NCBI GenBank assembly: GCA_038228545.1
Contig: JBBRPE010000002.1
Span: 22,426 to 86,425, forward strand
Direction of reading: 5' to 3'
Length of the DNA: 64,000 nucleotides
DNA from: Minisyncoccia bacterium
GTDB lineage: Bacteria; Patescibacteriota; Minisyncoccia; Phycocordibacterales; Phycocordibacteraceae
Position 1 is the stretch's first letter, and each line of letters starts with the position of its first letter. The position numbers were made by a program, and so were the translations under genes. This document shows, in pieces, positions 8,676 to 18,648 of the stretch. The notes beneath the pieces were generated by a model that was not told where the DNA came from, searched no databases, and saw only the letters and a program-made list of their open reading frames with translations.

Positions 8676-10167
8676 ACGAGGCGGAATGCTTCGGAGAGGC
8701 GGCGCCAGCAGGCGCCGTTTTTCGTATGTGCCACACGAACCACGCAATGCCGGCGTAGGGAATAACGAGAAAGACAAAAGGAAATGCGGGAACGATAACG
8801 TTTGCGAGCGGCAGCTGCGCAAAACTTTCCGCGGCAAAAATAATGTACGAGAGTACAGCGTACGCAGGTAGACCAACGTAGGTAGCAAGGAACGGAATGA
8901 GGAGCGCAATGAAACCTCCCACGGTAGAGAGACCCATGGCAAGAGGGACGAACGGAAGTACAAGAATATTGGCCGGTACTGCAACTAGCGAAAAATTACC
9001 GGTTTGGTAGAGAAGAATAGGCAGCACAAAAAGCTGCGCAGCCAGCGTAGTAGCAATGATGTCACGCATAAACGCCCACCGAATAAACATGAGTCGTAGC
9101 TCGAACGCGTTCGATGCGAGTAACAGACCGAGTGTTGCCATGAATGAAAATTGGAATCCTGGGTCATACGCAAGTGAAAACGGCGAAAGAAGAAGCATCG
9201 CGACAAACACAACAATAAGTGCTCTAAGTGCATCATAGGTTCGTCCTGTTGAGCGAGCGAACAGAGCGAGGCCTGCCATGAGACCCGCACGCACTGCGGA
9301 CGAACCGCTTCCTGCAGCGACCACGAACAGTAGCACCGACACAGCTGCGATACCGAGTGCGAAACGTTTCGGAAGCCACGAGAGTCCTGCGAGGACTGAT
9401 TCAGCCACAATCATCACGTTGTACCCCGAGAGCACGATGATGGGCAGTAAGCCCGCGACCGTAAACGCATCTAAAAGTTTTTTTCCAAGTCCTTGTTTAC
9501 CGCCGATTATAAGACCTTCTGCAAGCGATGCGCTCGGCTCGGGAAGAGCATTCTCCAGCGCAGACGCAAACGCGTGTTTCGCACCAAAGAGTGCGCCGAG
9601 CGTCTTTGTTTCAATATCTGTACGCCGCCCCGTTACTTCCACACGCGCCAAAGGAACAAGTGCAAATATTCCGTCCTTCGCAAGAAATGTATCGTACGCA
9701 AATGTGCGACCGCCCTCCGTATCAAACGGCTGTGGAAGTCCGAGTACACCGGTAACGCGCACCGTATCGCCATAGGTGAGCGCGGGAAAGCGATCTGCGA
9801 CGGCGATGATTTTTGTACGTACGGTTCCCTTCGAAATTTCGACCGTCACACGCTGATTATTTTCACGAACATCCGGATCAGCGATTATGGTTCCGTTAAA
9901 CGAAGTAGGTTGACCGAGGTCGTGACTAAAAGCAGCTGGCAACGTCCGTGGCACGATACTGGCGCGTGCGCATCCAAGCGAGAGCACAAGGAGAAGTACG
10001 CACGGAATAAGATAGGCGTCACGTCTACCGAAAAACCAGGCACAGAAAAATCCAACAGAAAGTAGGAGCACGAAAAGCGAACAGGAGAGTGGGAGCGGAT
10101 AAAGCGTGCCGAGAAGAATTCCTCCAGCAAAACCGACGATACTAATGAGCGCGAGCGAGCTCTTCAT
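8668..10167 (-). CDS. comEC: ComEC/Rec2-family competence membrane protein (DUF4131 + competence domain; no fused MBL domain)
   Basis: N-terminal OB-like DUF4131 region, polytopic domain with LSGYNV motif. Confidence 0.8.
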   Translation of the reverse strand: MKSSLALISIVGFAGGILLGTLYPLPLSCSLFVLLLSVGFFCAWFFGRRDAYLIPCVLLLVLSLGCARASIVPRTLPAAFSHDLGQPTSFNGTIIADPDVRENNQRVTVEISKGTVRTKIIAVADRFPALTYGDTVRVTGVLGLPQPFDTEGGRTFAYDTFLAKDGIFALVPLARVEVTGRRTDIETKTLGALFGAKHAFASALENALPEPSASLAEGLIIGGKQGLGKKLLDAFTVAGLLPIIVLSGYNVMIVAESVLAGLSWLPKRFALGIAAVSVLLFVVAAGSGSSAVRAGLMAGLALFARSTGRTYDALRALIVVFVAMLLLSPFSLAYDPGFQFSFMATLGLLLASNAFELRLMFIRWAFMRDIIATTLAAQLFVLPILLYQTGNFSLVAVPANILVLPFVPLAMGLSTVGGFIALLIPFLATYVGLPAYAVLSYIIFAAESFAQLPLANVIVPAFPFVFLVIPYAGIAWFVWHIRKTAPAGAASPKHSASFK

Positions 10168-10178
10168 GTGATGCGTGT

Positions 10179-10610
10179 TCAGCGATTCCTTTGTCCCGCG
10201 TCCATAGCTTTATTCGCGAGTGCATCGGCATCTTTATTAAATTCACGAAGCACATGTATGTATTCCACGTGCGGAAAGGACCGGGCAATAATATTCTTTA
10301 CCTCCATATACCGCGGAACAAGGTTCGGGTGTTTCACTTTGTAGTTCCCTTTCAGCTGCTCGATGACGAGCTTGCTGTCCATCTTTATGGTGAGCTTCGA
10401 TTCTTGCAGATGTTCAGCGAGATATTCGTCGCGCAGTTTCGTAAGGCCACGCAGTATCGCTTCGTACTCCGCAATATTGTTCGTAGCAACTCCGAGATAG
10501 TCTGCAACTTCGATAACGCGTTTCCCAAGGTTATCGAATACCACCGCTCCAGCCCCGGCTGGCCCCGGGTTCCCGCGCGAACCGCCATCGGCATAGAGGG
10601 TGAAATGCAT
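10179..10610 (-). CDS. rnhA: ribonuclease H (RNase HI-like)
   Basis: YADGGSRGNPGPAG...EYEA...D motifs; start trimmed to MHFTLYADGG because longer ORF overlaps recJ. Confidence 0.8.
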   Translation of the reverse strand: MHFTLYADGGSRGNPGPAGAGAVVFDNLGKRVIEVADYLGVATNNIAEYEAILRGLTKLRDEYLAEHLQESKLTIKMDSKLVIEQLKGNYKVKHPNLVPRYMEVKNIIARSFPHVEYIHVLREFNKDADALANKAMDAGQRNR

Positions 10611-10629
10611 GTAGGAAGTATACCTGGGG

Positions 10630-12363
10630 CTACGTAATGGCAACCAGTCGAAGACGAACGGGTCGGCCTTTCGTAAACATATCGCGTTCAAGGTTTGCGA
10701 GTATGTTCGCCGTCTTCCCTGCTTCGAGCGTGTCGCATATTTTCCCGAGCTCACGATGTGCATAGAATGCAATGCCCTCCATCGGTCGTTCCGTGAAATC
10801 TTCTACGGCAGGCTGGACGCGTATACGAAGGTGTTCGTTCGACTTCCCAAACCAGGAAACTTCTTTGAGAACCACGCCCCTGAATGCAAAAGACGGCTTT
10901 GGATTACCCATGCCGTAGGGAGCAAGGCGCTCTATTTTACCGAGAAGTGTGTGCGTTGCCTCGTGTGTACCGAGGTGTGCGTCAGCGGTTGAGAATAAGT
11001 CACTCGCTTCGCGCTTGGGCAACCGAGCAAGCGCCTCGCACAAACGTTCGCCAAACGTAAACACTGCATCCGGAGCAACGGTGAAGCCGCCCGCTGCTGC
11101 GTGGCCCCCGAACTGACTGAACGTATCTCCTGCTTCGGTCATAAGTTCCACGACATGGATATTACCGGGACCTCCTCGACACGAACCCTTCAGTACACTG
11201 CTGCCTTCACGCCCCCATAAGAAAACTGGACGGTCATACTCTTCCGAAATACCGCTGGCAACAAGACCAAGAAGCCCCGGCCGCCAATCAGGATCACCGA
11301 GCGCAATCACGCTCGGTATCGCTCCTTCCGTTTTCAGTACGTCGAGCTTCTCGTGTACGGCGCGCGTAATAGCACCTGCAGCCGCGCGACGTGAACGATT
11401 AACACTTTCGAGTTTCTTTGCGAGCATATCCGCTTCAACTTCATCACTCGTCGTGAAAAGAGTAAACGCATCGCGCGGGTCGCCCATGCGTGACGCGGCA
11501 TTCACTCGAGGAGCAATCATAAACGCCACATCGTCTTCCGTAATTGAGCGTTGTTCCACACGTGCACTTTTGCAGAGTTTTTGAAAACCGAGACGCGGTG
11601 ATTTACGCATGACCATGAGTCCATACTTTGCGATGACACGGTTCTCACCCGTAAGTGGAACCATGTCCGCAATAGTCGCGAGCCCTGCCATATCAAGTAA
11701 CCACTTCTCCCAACCCTCCGGAATATCCGCACGTCCGGTGAAGCCATGCGCGAGAACTGCACACGCCGTCTTCCATGCGAGTCCGGCTCCGCACAACTCT
11801 CGGTACTGATACGTTTCTCCGTCCTGCTTCGGGTCAACAACTGCGAACGCGGGCGGAAGTGTTTCTCCGGGAAGGTGATGATCCGTCACGATAACTTCCA
11901 TACCAAGCTCGTTAGCACGCGCCACTGCTGCAACGTCGGTGATACCTGAATCCACAGTGATGATGAGTTTCGTTCCTTCACTAGCTAGCTTTTCAATTCC
12001 CATGACATTCACGCCATACCCTTCGTTGTGACGATGCGGTATGTAATTCGTAAAATTCGCTCCAGCTTTCTTAAAGAAGTCATGGAGTATGACGCCACCG
12101 GGAATGCCATCACAGTCATAGTCGCTCCAAACCGTGATACGTTCAGTGTCATTTATTGCGCGAGCAATCCGCTCTGCAGCTTTCGGCATATTGAGTATGC
12201 CCATAGGGTCATGAATATGGTCGTCGTACGACGGAGTAAGAAAGGCCTCGGCCGCTTCGGCGGTGATGATGCCACGACGTGCAAGAAGTCCTGCAGTAAA
12301 ATCATCGTGCTCTTTGAGAGCATCGCGCGTCGCGTCGTCTAAGGCATCGTGGAGTGGGAACAT
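10630..12363 (-). CDS. recJ: single-stranded-DNA-specific exonuclease RecJ
   Basis: DHH motifs (DYDCDGI, DHH), DHHA1 domain, OB C-terminus. Confidence 0.9.
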   Translation of the reverse strand: MFPLHDALDDATRDALKEHDDFTAGLLARRGIITAEAAEAFLTPSYDDHIHDPMGILNMPKAAERIARAINDTERITVWSDYDCDGIPGGVILHDFFKKAGANFTNYIPHRHNEGYGVNVMGIEKLASEGTKLIITVDSGITDVAAVARANELGMEVIVTDHHLPGETLPPAFAVVDPKQDGETYQYRELCGAGLAWKTACAVLAHGFTGRADIPEGWEKWLLDMAGLATIADMVPLTGENRVIAKYGLMVMRKSPRLGFQKLCKSARVEQRSITEDDVAFMIAPRVNAASRMGDPRDAFTLFTTSDEVEADMLAKKLESVNRSRRAAAGAITRAVHEKLDVLKTEGAIPSVIALGDPDWRPGLLGLVASGISEEYDRPVFLWGREGSSVLKGSCRGGPGNIHVVELMTEAGDTFSQFGGHAAAGGFTVAPDAVFTFGERLCEALARLPKREASDLFSTADAHLGTHEATHTLLGKIERLAPYGMGNPKPSFAFRGVVLKEVSWFGKSNEHLRIRVQPAVEDFTERPMEGIAFYAHRELGKICDTLEAGKTANILANLERDMFTKGRPVRLRLVAIT

Positions 12364-12409
12364 AGTCCGCTGATTGTATCAAACTGGGCCGTCCTGGTAT
12401 TCTCTGTAT

Positions 12410-12871
12410 ATGAAAGACTGTCTTTTTTGCTCCATCGTCGCGGGAACCATCCCATCCCATCAGATCTGGGAGAGCGACACACACCTCGCATTCCTCACCA
12501 TTTTTCCAAACACCGAAGGTGTGACGGTGGTAATCCCAAAAGAACATTACCCAAGTTATGCCTTCGCTCTGTCCGACGTTGCACTTACTGAGCTTATGCT
12601 TGCAACAAAAAAAGTAGCGCAATTACTCGACAAAGCACTTACTGACGTAGGTCGCACTGCACTAGTATTTGAGGGATTTGGTGTCGACCATGTGCACGCA
12701 AAACTGTACCCCATGCACGGAACAGAAAATATGGAGCATTGGAAACCAATCGAGTCGAGCATTGATAAATATTTCTTAACGTACGAAGGCTACGTCTCGT
12801 CACACGACTACAGACGAGCCGATGATGCAGAGTTGGCCGCACTAGCTGAAAAGATTCGTTCGGCTAGTTAA
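12410..12871 (+). CDS. HIT-family (histidine triad-like) protein
   Basis: CLFCSI N-terminus and HIT-like fold; start set to MKDCLF. Confidence 0.7.
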   Translation: MKDCLFCSIVAGTIPSHQIWESDTHLAFLTIFPNTEGVTVVIPKEHYPSYAFALSDVALTELMLATKKVAQLLDKALTDVGRTALVFEGFGVDHVHAKLYPMHGTENMEHWKPIESSIDKYFLTYEGYVSSHDYRRADDAELAALAEKIRSAS

Positions 12872-13997
12872 GTGCATCGATTCCCGGCAAGCTTCCATTC
12901 GCAAGGAAGTCGAGCATTGCGCCACCGCCTGTTGAGACGAATGAAAATTTGGAAAGGAGGCCGAGTGCATCGACGGCAGCCACAGTATCGCCTCCGCCGA
13001 GAATGCTGTGTGCTTTTGAATTCGTAACCGCGTCTGCAAGTTGTTTGGTTCCTTCCGTAAATCCGTTTTCGTATCTGCCAAGAGGGCCATTCCAGAGAAT
13101 AGTTTTTGCCTTCTGAATCAACGGCAGGAGTTCGCGTATCGTCTCTGGTCCGACATCGAGCATCGCTTCGTTATCAGCGACCCCACCAATAGCGACCGCG
13201 TGTCCTTCGTCTTTTTTTCCGTCTCGCGGGGCGACAATGACATCATGAGGAAGCAGTAGTTCCGGCATACGTACCAGTTTCTTAATCTCGGTAGCATCCG
13301 CATCTGAAACGAGCGACGTTCCGACTGCATACCCCTGTGCATGAATGAAATCGTTCGCGAGGGCACCTCCCACAAACACGTGTGTGTATTTTTTAAGGAG
13401 CGCCACAAGCACAGGCTCTTTAGTAGAAAACTTCGCACCGCCTATTATTGCGAGGGCAGGACGCTTGGGAAGAAGTGCTTTCTTAAGCTGTTTCACCTCT
13501 TCTTCCACGAGGAATCCTGCGTAGGAAGGTAAGAGCTTCGGAACGCCTACGACGGACGCATGTGTGCGGTGACACACATCAAACGAATCCTCAACGAACA
13601 CGTCCGCAAGCGATGCGAGGTCTGCGGCAAACTCAGCATTATTCATTACTTCCCCCCGATGCCGACGCAAATTCTCGAGCAGGAGTACGTCGCCCGGCTT
13701 CATGGCACGCACCGCTTCACGAGCTTCCTTTCCTATGGAATAGGAACAGAACTCGAGAGTTGGCACGAATGTCTTAAGCGCTCGATACACCGGCTCGAAT
13801 GTTTCTGTTCCTTTCTCGCCAATGTGGCCACAGAGTATTACGCGGGCACCTTTTTTCTGCAGGTACTCAATGGTCGGGAGAGCTTGTCGAAGGCGAAATG
13901 TATTCGTTACCGTATTGTTTTCAATCGGTGCGTTAAGCGCAGCGCGCACCAACACCGGTACGTTCTTGAGCTTTGGTATCTTGCGAACGCTTCGCAT
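12864..13997 (-). CDS. pgk: phosphoglycerate kinase
   Basis: Full-length PGK motifs. Confidence 0.9.
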   Translation of the reverse strand: MRSVRKIPKLKNVPVLVRAALNAPIENNTVTNTFRLRQALPTIEYLQKKGARVILCGHIGEKGTETFEPVYRALKTFVPTLEFCSYSIGKEAREAVRAMKPGDVLLLENLRRHRGEVMNNAEFAADLASLADVFVEDSFDVCHRTHASVVGVPKLLPSYAGFLVEEEVKQLKKALLPKRPALAIIGGAKFSTKEPVLVALLKKYTHVFVGGALANDFIHAQGYAVGTSLVSDADATEIKKLVRMPELLLPHDVIVAPRDGKKDEGHAVAIGGVADNEAMLDVGPETIRELLPLIQKAKTILWNGPLGRYENGFTEGTKQLADAVTNSKAHSILGGGDTVAAVDALGLLSKFSFVSTGGGAMLDFLANGSLPGIDALN

Positions 13998-14001
13998 GTC
14001 T

Positions 14002-14748
14002 CTAGGAAGTAACTGCTTTTACTATTCCTCCGAATGAGAGTGCATCCGTACTAGCTCGTCCAATGAGAAAACCGTCTATGCCGGTTGCACCAGCAAGTAC
14101 ACGTGCATTACCGGGCTCTACTGAACCTCCGTAGAGAATGCGGATTTTTTCCGCTCCCGTGCCGGGCAAATACTCACCGAGAATCTTTCGTATATAAAGC
14201 ACCATTTCTTGTAAATCTTCTGGTGTAATGGCCTCCGCAGCTGACTTTCCAATCGCCCAAATTGGCTCATAGGCAATAACTAGCCGCATGCGTTCTTTCT
14301 GAGACAGTGGTTCCAGAACCGTTGCAAGTTCCGCACGTAATTCATTCAAATAGTGCGCTTCTGCATCGCGCTCGCGCTCACCGATACACACGATAGGCGT
14401 AAGTCCGTGCGCAAGCGCACGCTTCACCTTTTCGAGCACCATCATGTTCGTCTCGCCCACTGCACGTCGTTCGGAGTGGCCGATAATCGTGTACTGGACT
14501 CCCATACCAGCTATGGTTGCTGCGGTGACTTCTCCCGTAGCTGCTCCGCCCAGAGAAGCTGAGACATCCTGCGCAGCAAATTCAACACTTGAACGGTTAC
14601 CGCCAGCAAGAAAGCCAAGATGTGGCGAGGAAGGAGCGAGCACGATGTCGTGATGGCCTGCCGCAGAAAGACGCTTTCCAACGGCATAGAGACGTTTTGC
14701 TTTTTCGAGTGTTTCTACGTAGGCTTTCCAGTTTCCGACGATAAGCAT
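14002..14748 (-). CDS. tpiA: triosephosphate isomerase
   Basis: GNWKAY..., IAYEPIWAIG, GGSV motifs. Confidence 0.9.
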   Translation of the reverse strand: MLIVGNWKAYVETLEKAKRLYAVGKRLSAAGHHDIVLAPSSPHLGFLAGGNRSSVEFAAQDVSASLGGAATGEVTAATIAGMGVQYTIIGHSERRAVGETNMMVLEKVKRALAHGLTPIVCIGERERDAEAHYLNELRAELATVLEPLSQKERMRLVIAYEPIWAIGKSAAEAITPEDLQEMVLYIRKILGEYLPGTGAEKIRILYGGSVEPGNARVLAGATGIDGFLIGRASTDALSFGGIVKAVTS

Positions 14749-14878
14749 ACGAGCATGATACCACTGGGGCCACCTACTCTACCCGACCGTAAAACTCTTA
14801 GAGAGAAGGTGTGAACAACCGAGGAGTGCAGACGACGATAGGGGGCTATAACACGGGATTTAAGAGATGTACTGATAT

Positions 14879-16303
14879 TTACTTCTGACGCCAATCAATG
14901 AACTTATAGTCTGTCGACGTGTACGGCGTAAAGGGCGGAGGGTCAGTAGCTATGCGCCTGTCGTAGGAGTCGATACGGGTCTGGTAGCCACCATCCGAAC
15001 CTCCACAGCCGTTTATCCATTTGGTTCCTGTGCGTTTATTGGAAACCGTCGTCCCAAGAATGGTAAGAGTGCCTCGTGGTTCATAGGTTCCAGGGCAGTT
15101 ATACAAGTTTCTTCCGAAGGCACCGCCCTGAGCTATAAAAATGCCGTTCATGGTCATGTTGTTCGGTGAATCGGCTGTGACGAGAACATCATTTTCAGCA
15201 ATAAGCGTGAGACCGGCCGTGCCATTGTAGGCTGAATATATAACGTTTCCGCGCACATTCGCGTTCGGTGCGATTCCGGCATGCGTAACGTCAGCAGCGA
15301 CGAGAGTAACTTTGCTGTTAATGGTTCCTTCCACCCACACATCGTCTTCAACAAAAATGAGTCCGCAACCGGAAGGAATGGTGTAGACACCGGTCGGGTG
15401 GGTACCGTCGTTATAAATAGCCTCGCTTGAAATGACCGTGTAGTCGGTGACTTGGCCACCGCTTGAGTTATCGACTGGATACGATTGTATATTGCTGGTG
15501 CTATTTACCTTTTTTACCGTCACGGTTCCATTGCCGTTAAAAATGAGGTGATAGCCACGGCTCGCATTGGTTGTTCCGTTAGTCGCAAAGAAAAGTCCGG
15601 TTGCACTTGCCGTTGTTTTAAGCGAAGTGAAATTTGCAGAAATGGCACTGAAGTCGACTTGCGGCGACGGAAAATTCCAGAGGTTTTGATTGGGACCGGC
15701 GCCGAAGACACCATTCTTAGTCGCGGTCGGACTACAACCATACGACGAAGTGCAGGACCACGTAGCAAGTGAGCTGGTGACAGGTGAGTTTGCCGTACCG
15801 TCCATGCGAATACCGCCGTTGGAGTGATAGGGTCCGTTAATAACACGGTCGGATCCGGCCCATACGGAGTCGTTGATGATGTAGGAGTACTGCCCCACCG
15901 TTGGGCGAGCATAGCGCGCCGAAACCGTCGCTGAGCTATTGCTTCCGGCAGGCGTCCCGGTGGAGCGCATGTCGACGGACGTTAGTGTTCCGCACGAAGA
16001 GTTTCCCGTTATGGAAAGGGATATGGTTCCGGCCGGTCCTCCTTCCGGGTCGTTGTAAGCAAGTGAGTAGGGGCCCGGTTGTCCCGTTCCGTTTTGCATG
16101 TCATTCGGATAATGAGCAAGGAACCAGCGGTAATATTCAATACCTGCCTCTGCAATGGTGAGCGCCTTACTCTTGTCGGTCTGCGATGTCTGCAGTTTGT
16201 TTTCTGTAAGTACAAAACTTGAGAGCGCAAATATAACAGTAAGAAATATAGAGCCAAACACGATGGCAAGAAGCATGAGGTAGCCGCGAGGTTCAGTAGT
16301 CAT
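14879..16303 (-). CDS. PilX-like type IV pilus-associated secreted protein
   Basis: N-terminal TM then AEAGIEYYRW (PilX_N-like), large Thr/Gly/Ser/Asn-rich beta domain; last gene of pilus cluster. Confidence 0.5.
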   Translation of the reverse strand: MTTEPRGYLMLLAIVFGSIFLTVIFALSSFVLTENKLQTSQTDKSKALTIAEAGIEYYRWFLAHYPNDMQNGTGQPGPYSLAYNDPEGGPAGTISLSITGNSSCGTLTSVDMRSTGTPAGSNSSATVSARYARPTVGQYSYIINDSVWAGSDRVINGPYHSNGGIRMDGTANSPVTSSLATWSCTSSYGCSPTATKNGVFGAGPNQNLWNFPSPQVDFSAISANFTSLKTTASATGLFFATNGTTNASRGYHLIFNGNGTVTVKKVNSTSNIQSYPVDNSSGGQVTDYTVISSEAIYNDGTHPTGVYTIPSGCGLIFVEDDVWVEGTINSKVTLVAADVTHAGIAPNANVRGNVIYSAYNGTAGLTLIAENDVLVTADSPNNMTMNGIFIAQGGAFGRNLYNCPGTYEPRGTLTILGTTVSNKRTGTKWINGCGGSDGGYQTRIDSYDRRIATDPPPFTPYTSTDYKFIDWRQK

Positions 16304-16304
16304 G

Positions 16305-16904
16305 TTATTGAGCGCGTAGGTTACGAAGAGTCGCTGTCTCTTGGAGAGTAAGGATATCCGGAGCGCGGAGCGGGTTTAAATCAACCATAACGGATGTCGA
16401 GATGGAAGAAATTTGTGACACGTCCACGGTTGTTGTAGTCGCCAATTCACTGCCATCACTATCATAGTAACGGAACAGTGGCGTCGTGGAACTGTTCCGG
16501 ACGTACGTAGCTATCGTCGTCGTGGCTTCCTTCTGGCCTGTGTACGTTGGCGGACTCGACGTGGAATCCGTCACGCCTCGATAAAATGTGGTACCGAGCA
16601 CATAGAGTCGTATGCGTTCTACCGTTCCGTCTCCATCCACGTCGCTATAGAACGTAATGGTCGACGTTGCTGCACTGGCAATCGGATATGAGCCGTCATC
16701 TCCATACGATGCCTCACGTAAATCCTGAAACGAGGTACGCAGACCACGATGCGCACTGTCGATAGCGGAAGATTGTTGTAATAAGTACGCATTGTCTTTA
16801 TAGAAATTGGCGATAAGCGTGTTGATGGTTAAACCGAGCATGGCCGTAACCGCCACAACGACGATTGATTCAATGATAGTGAAGCCTCGAAGTGAAGTGT
16901 GCAT
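16305..16904 (-). CDS. type IV pilin-like protein (prepilin-type N-terminal methylation motif)
   Basis: RGFTIIESIVVVAVTAML prepilin N-terminus; start set to MHTSL. Confidence 0.65.
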   Translation of the reverse strand: MHTSLRGFTIIESIVVVAVTAMLGLTINTLIANFYKDNAYLLQQSSAIDSAHRGLRTSFQDLREASYGDDGSYPIASAATSTITFYSDVDGDGTVERIRLYVLGTTFYRGVTDSTSSPPTYTGQKEATTTIATYVRNSSTTPLFRYYDSDGSELATTTTVDVSQISSISTSVMVDLNPLRAPDILTLQETATLRNLRAQ

Positions 16905-16905
16905 A

Positions 16906-18639
16906 CTACGGGAAGGAAGCGAGGTAGAACGTATCGCCGGAAATTGAAATGTTTGCGAAGGCAGTTGTCGTATAGCCGCTTTTAGCAATGGTAACGGTGT
17001 AGGTACCGGATGAGAGTGCACCGAAGTACGATGCTCCACACGAGGAGGTGTCGACATCTTGTGTGAATCCGGATTTAGAAAGCGTTACCGTAGCACCGGT
17101 CACGATAGCTCCGGTACTGTCGTGAACGGTCACCAAGATTGCGTTCGAGGTGTTCGGTCCTAGGTACAGAAGATTCGTACTACTCGATCCAGAAGCAAGC
17201 GAATACGGTGGAGCGGTACAGGCATCGATGACGTCATAGCCAGAAAGCGTGAACGCATACGAATCCCACTCGAGCGGAAGTGTGCTCGTACCCACGCCGT
17301 TGGTTGTCGTTGCGATACTAGTCTTATAAATAGGAGCACCACCGCCCGTTGAGCCAACCGTCTTGTTCCCGGTAAGGGCGAAGGAGACGTTCGGCACCGG
17401 TATAGGCCCTACGAGAGAATTGATGCTCCAGTCGGCAATAGAAGGCGTGGTGGTGGTTGCATTCGTTGCAAGCTCCGCCGAGAGACCGAGCGATGGATAC
17501 GTGGTGGTGGAAATTCCCGAGAGAGTAATCGAACTCCCGGAGAAGCCCGTTGCATTGCCGGCAAGCGCGCTGTCCGGTAGAAGGGTCCCCGTGCCGTCGG
17601 TAACGTGCACAAGTACGCTTGTGCCGGACGGAGTTGAGATGGTCGTGCTTGCACTCGTCCATCCTGCGAGATACCCCGGTGTAAACGCGGTCGAGCGGGC
17701 AGTTCCGGCGAGAGAATACCCACTTCCCCCGCTCGCAAGAACTAACGAGCCACCGGAGACTACCGTGTTCGACTGATTTGCGAGCATCGTCGCATTCGCA
17801 AAGGTATCGAGTGTTGTTGTTGCCTTAATTGGATACAGCGTTGTAAGCGTCATGGATGCGAGCATATCGATAGCAAACGTACTTGCGGTGGTTTGATTCT
17901 TTACCACGGTGAGATAGCCCGGTGTTGGGTTCTGATTTGTACCATCGCGCACGTAGGTTTGTGCACTTGAGTAGCCTGTTTTAGAAACATAGATTTGATA
18001 CTGCGTCGACGTTGTGGCACCCCCAAGGAAGACTACCCCACTTGAGTCGCTGAATGTCGTTAGGTCGACGGTCGGAGAGCTACTGGCATTTACTACATGC
18101 ACCGCAGCGCCCGCTACCCCGACACCTCCTGAATTAACGACGAGTATCTTGAGTGTTCCGCCGTTGGTGGTTGTTTCTATGGAAAGCGGTGCGTAGTTTG
18201 AGACCAAGTCCACCTCTCGAGTCGTATTACGTATCGTGTACGTCACCGCAACTTTTATACGTTTGTAGTCTGTCGTAATGCCGTTGGTGTCGGATGTTGA
18301 CGTGCCGTCAGCCGGGTCGTCGACATATTCTATGAAGGTTCGCACTCCATAAGGAATGGAATTTTCAGTTGTGGTTGAGTACTGGGGAATAGCCCCTGAA
18401 GGAATACCGCCAACAGTTCCTACTGAGTCGTAGGGCAACGAGCGAATATATTCCATTTGATTATTGGCGACGGCCGTTCCGCCCGCCTTTGCTTTTGCGA
18501 GCGACGAGACGAGAAGGGTCGCTCGGAGAAGTCCGATGAGCGAAAGAAATATAACCAGCACGAGTGCGGAGCCGACAACGACATCGATGAGAGAAACGCC
18601 TCGCAGAGGACGAAATGTCATACCAGCATGATAGCGCAC
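16906..18639 (-). CDS. giant type IV pilin-like protein (prepilin N-terminus + ~540-aa Thr/Ser/Gly-rich beta-rich domain)
   Basis: RGVSLIDVVVGSALVLVIF prepilin-like N-terminus; true start possibly MTFRPL at 18621. Confidence 0.6.
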   Translation of the reverse strand: MRYHAGMTFRPLRGVSLIDVVVGSALVLVIFLSLIGLLRATLLVSSLAKAKAGGTAVANNQMEYIRSLPYDSVGTVGGIPSGAIPQYSTTTENSIPYGVRTFIEYVDDPADGTSTSDTNGITTDYKRIKVAVTYTIRNTTREVDLVSNYAPLSIETTTNGGTLKILVVNSGGVGVAGAAVHVVNASSSPTVDLTTFSDSSGVVFLGGATTSTQYQIYVSKTGYSSAQTYVRDGTNQNPTPGYLTVVKNQTTASTFAIDMLASMTLTTLYPIKATTTLDTFANATMLANQSNTVVSGGSLVLASGGSGYSLAGTARSTAFTPGYLAGWTSASTTISTPSGTSVLVHVTDGTGTLLPDSALAGNATGFSGSSITLSGISTTTYPSLGLSAELATNATTTTPSIADWSINSLVGPIPVPNVSFALTGNKTVGSTGGGAPIYKTSIATTTNGVGTSTLPLEWDSYAFTLSGYDVIDACTAPPYSLASGSSSTNLLYLGPNTSNAILVTVHDSTGAIVTGATVTLSKSGFTQDVDTSSCGASYFGALSSGTYTVTIAKSGYTTTAFANISISGDTFYLASFP

Positions 18640-18648
18640 CGTCTTCGG

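Noticed and set aside
8487-8984. 165-aa ORF on minus strand overlapping rpmB and comEC
   Set aside because: It overlaps two confidently assigned genes, has Pro/Arg/Ser-rich low-complexity translation, and has no RBS.
10179-10772. Long form of RNase H ORF (197 aa) overlapping recJ 3' end by 143 nt
   Set aside because: The N-terminal 54 residues have no RNase H similarity and overlap the recJ coding sequence. The internal Met immediately before the YADGG motif gives a canonical-length RNase HI.
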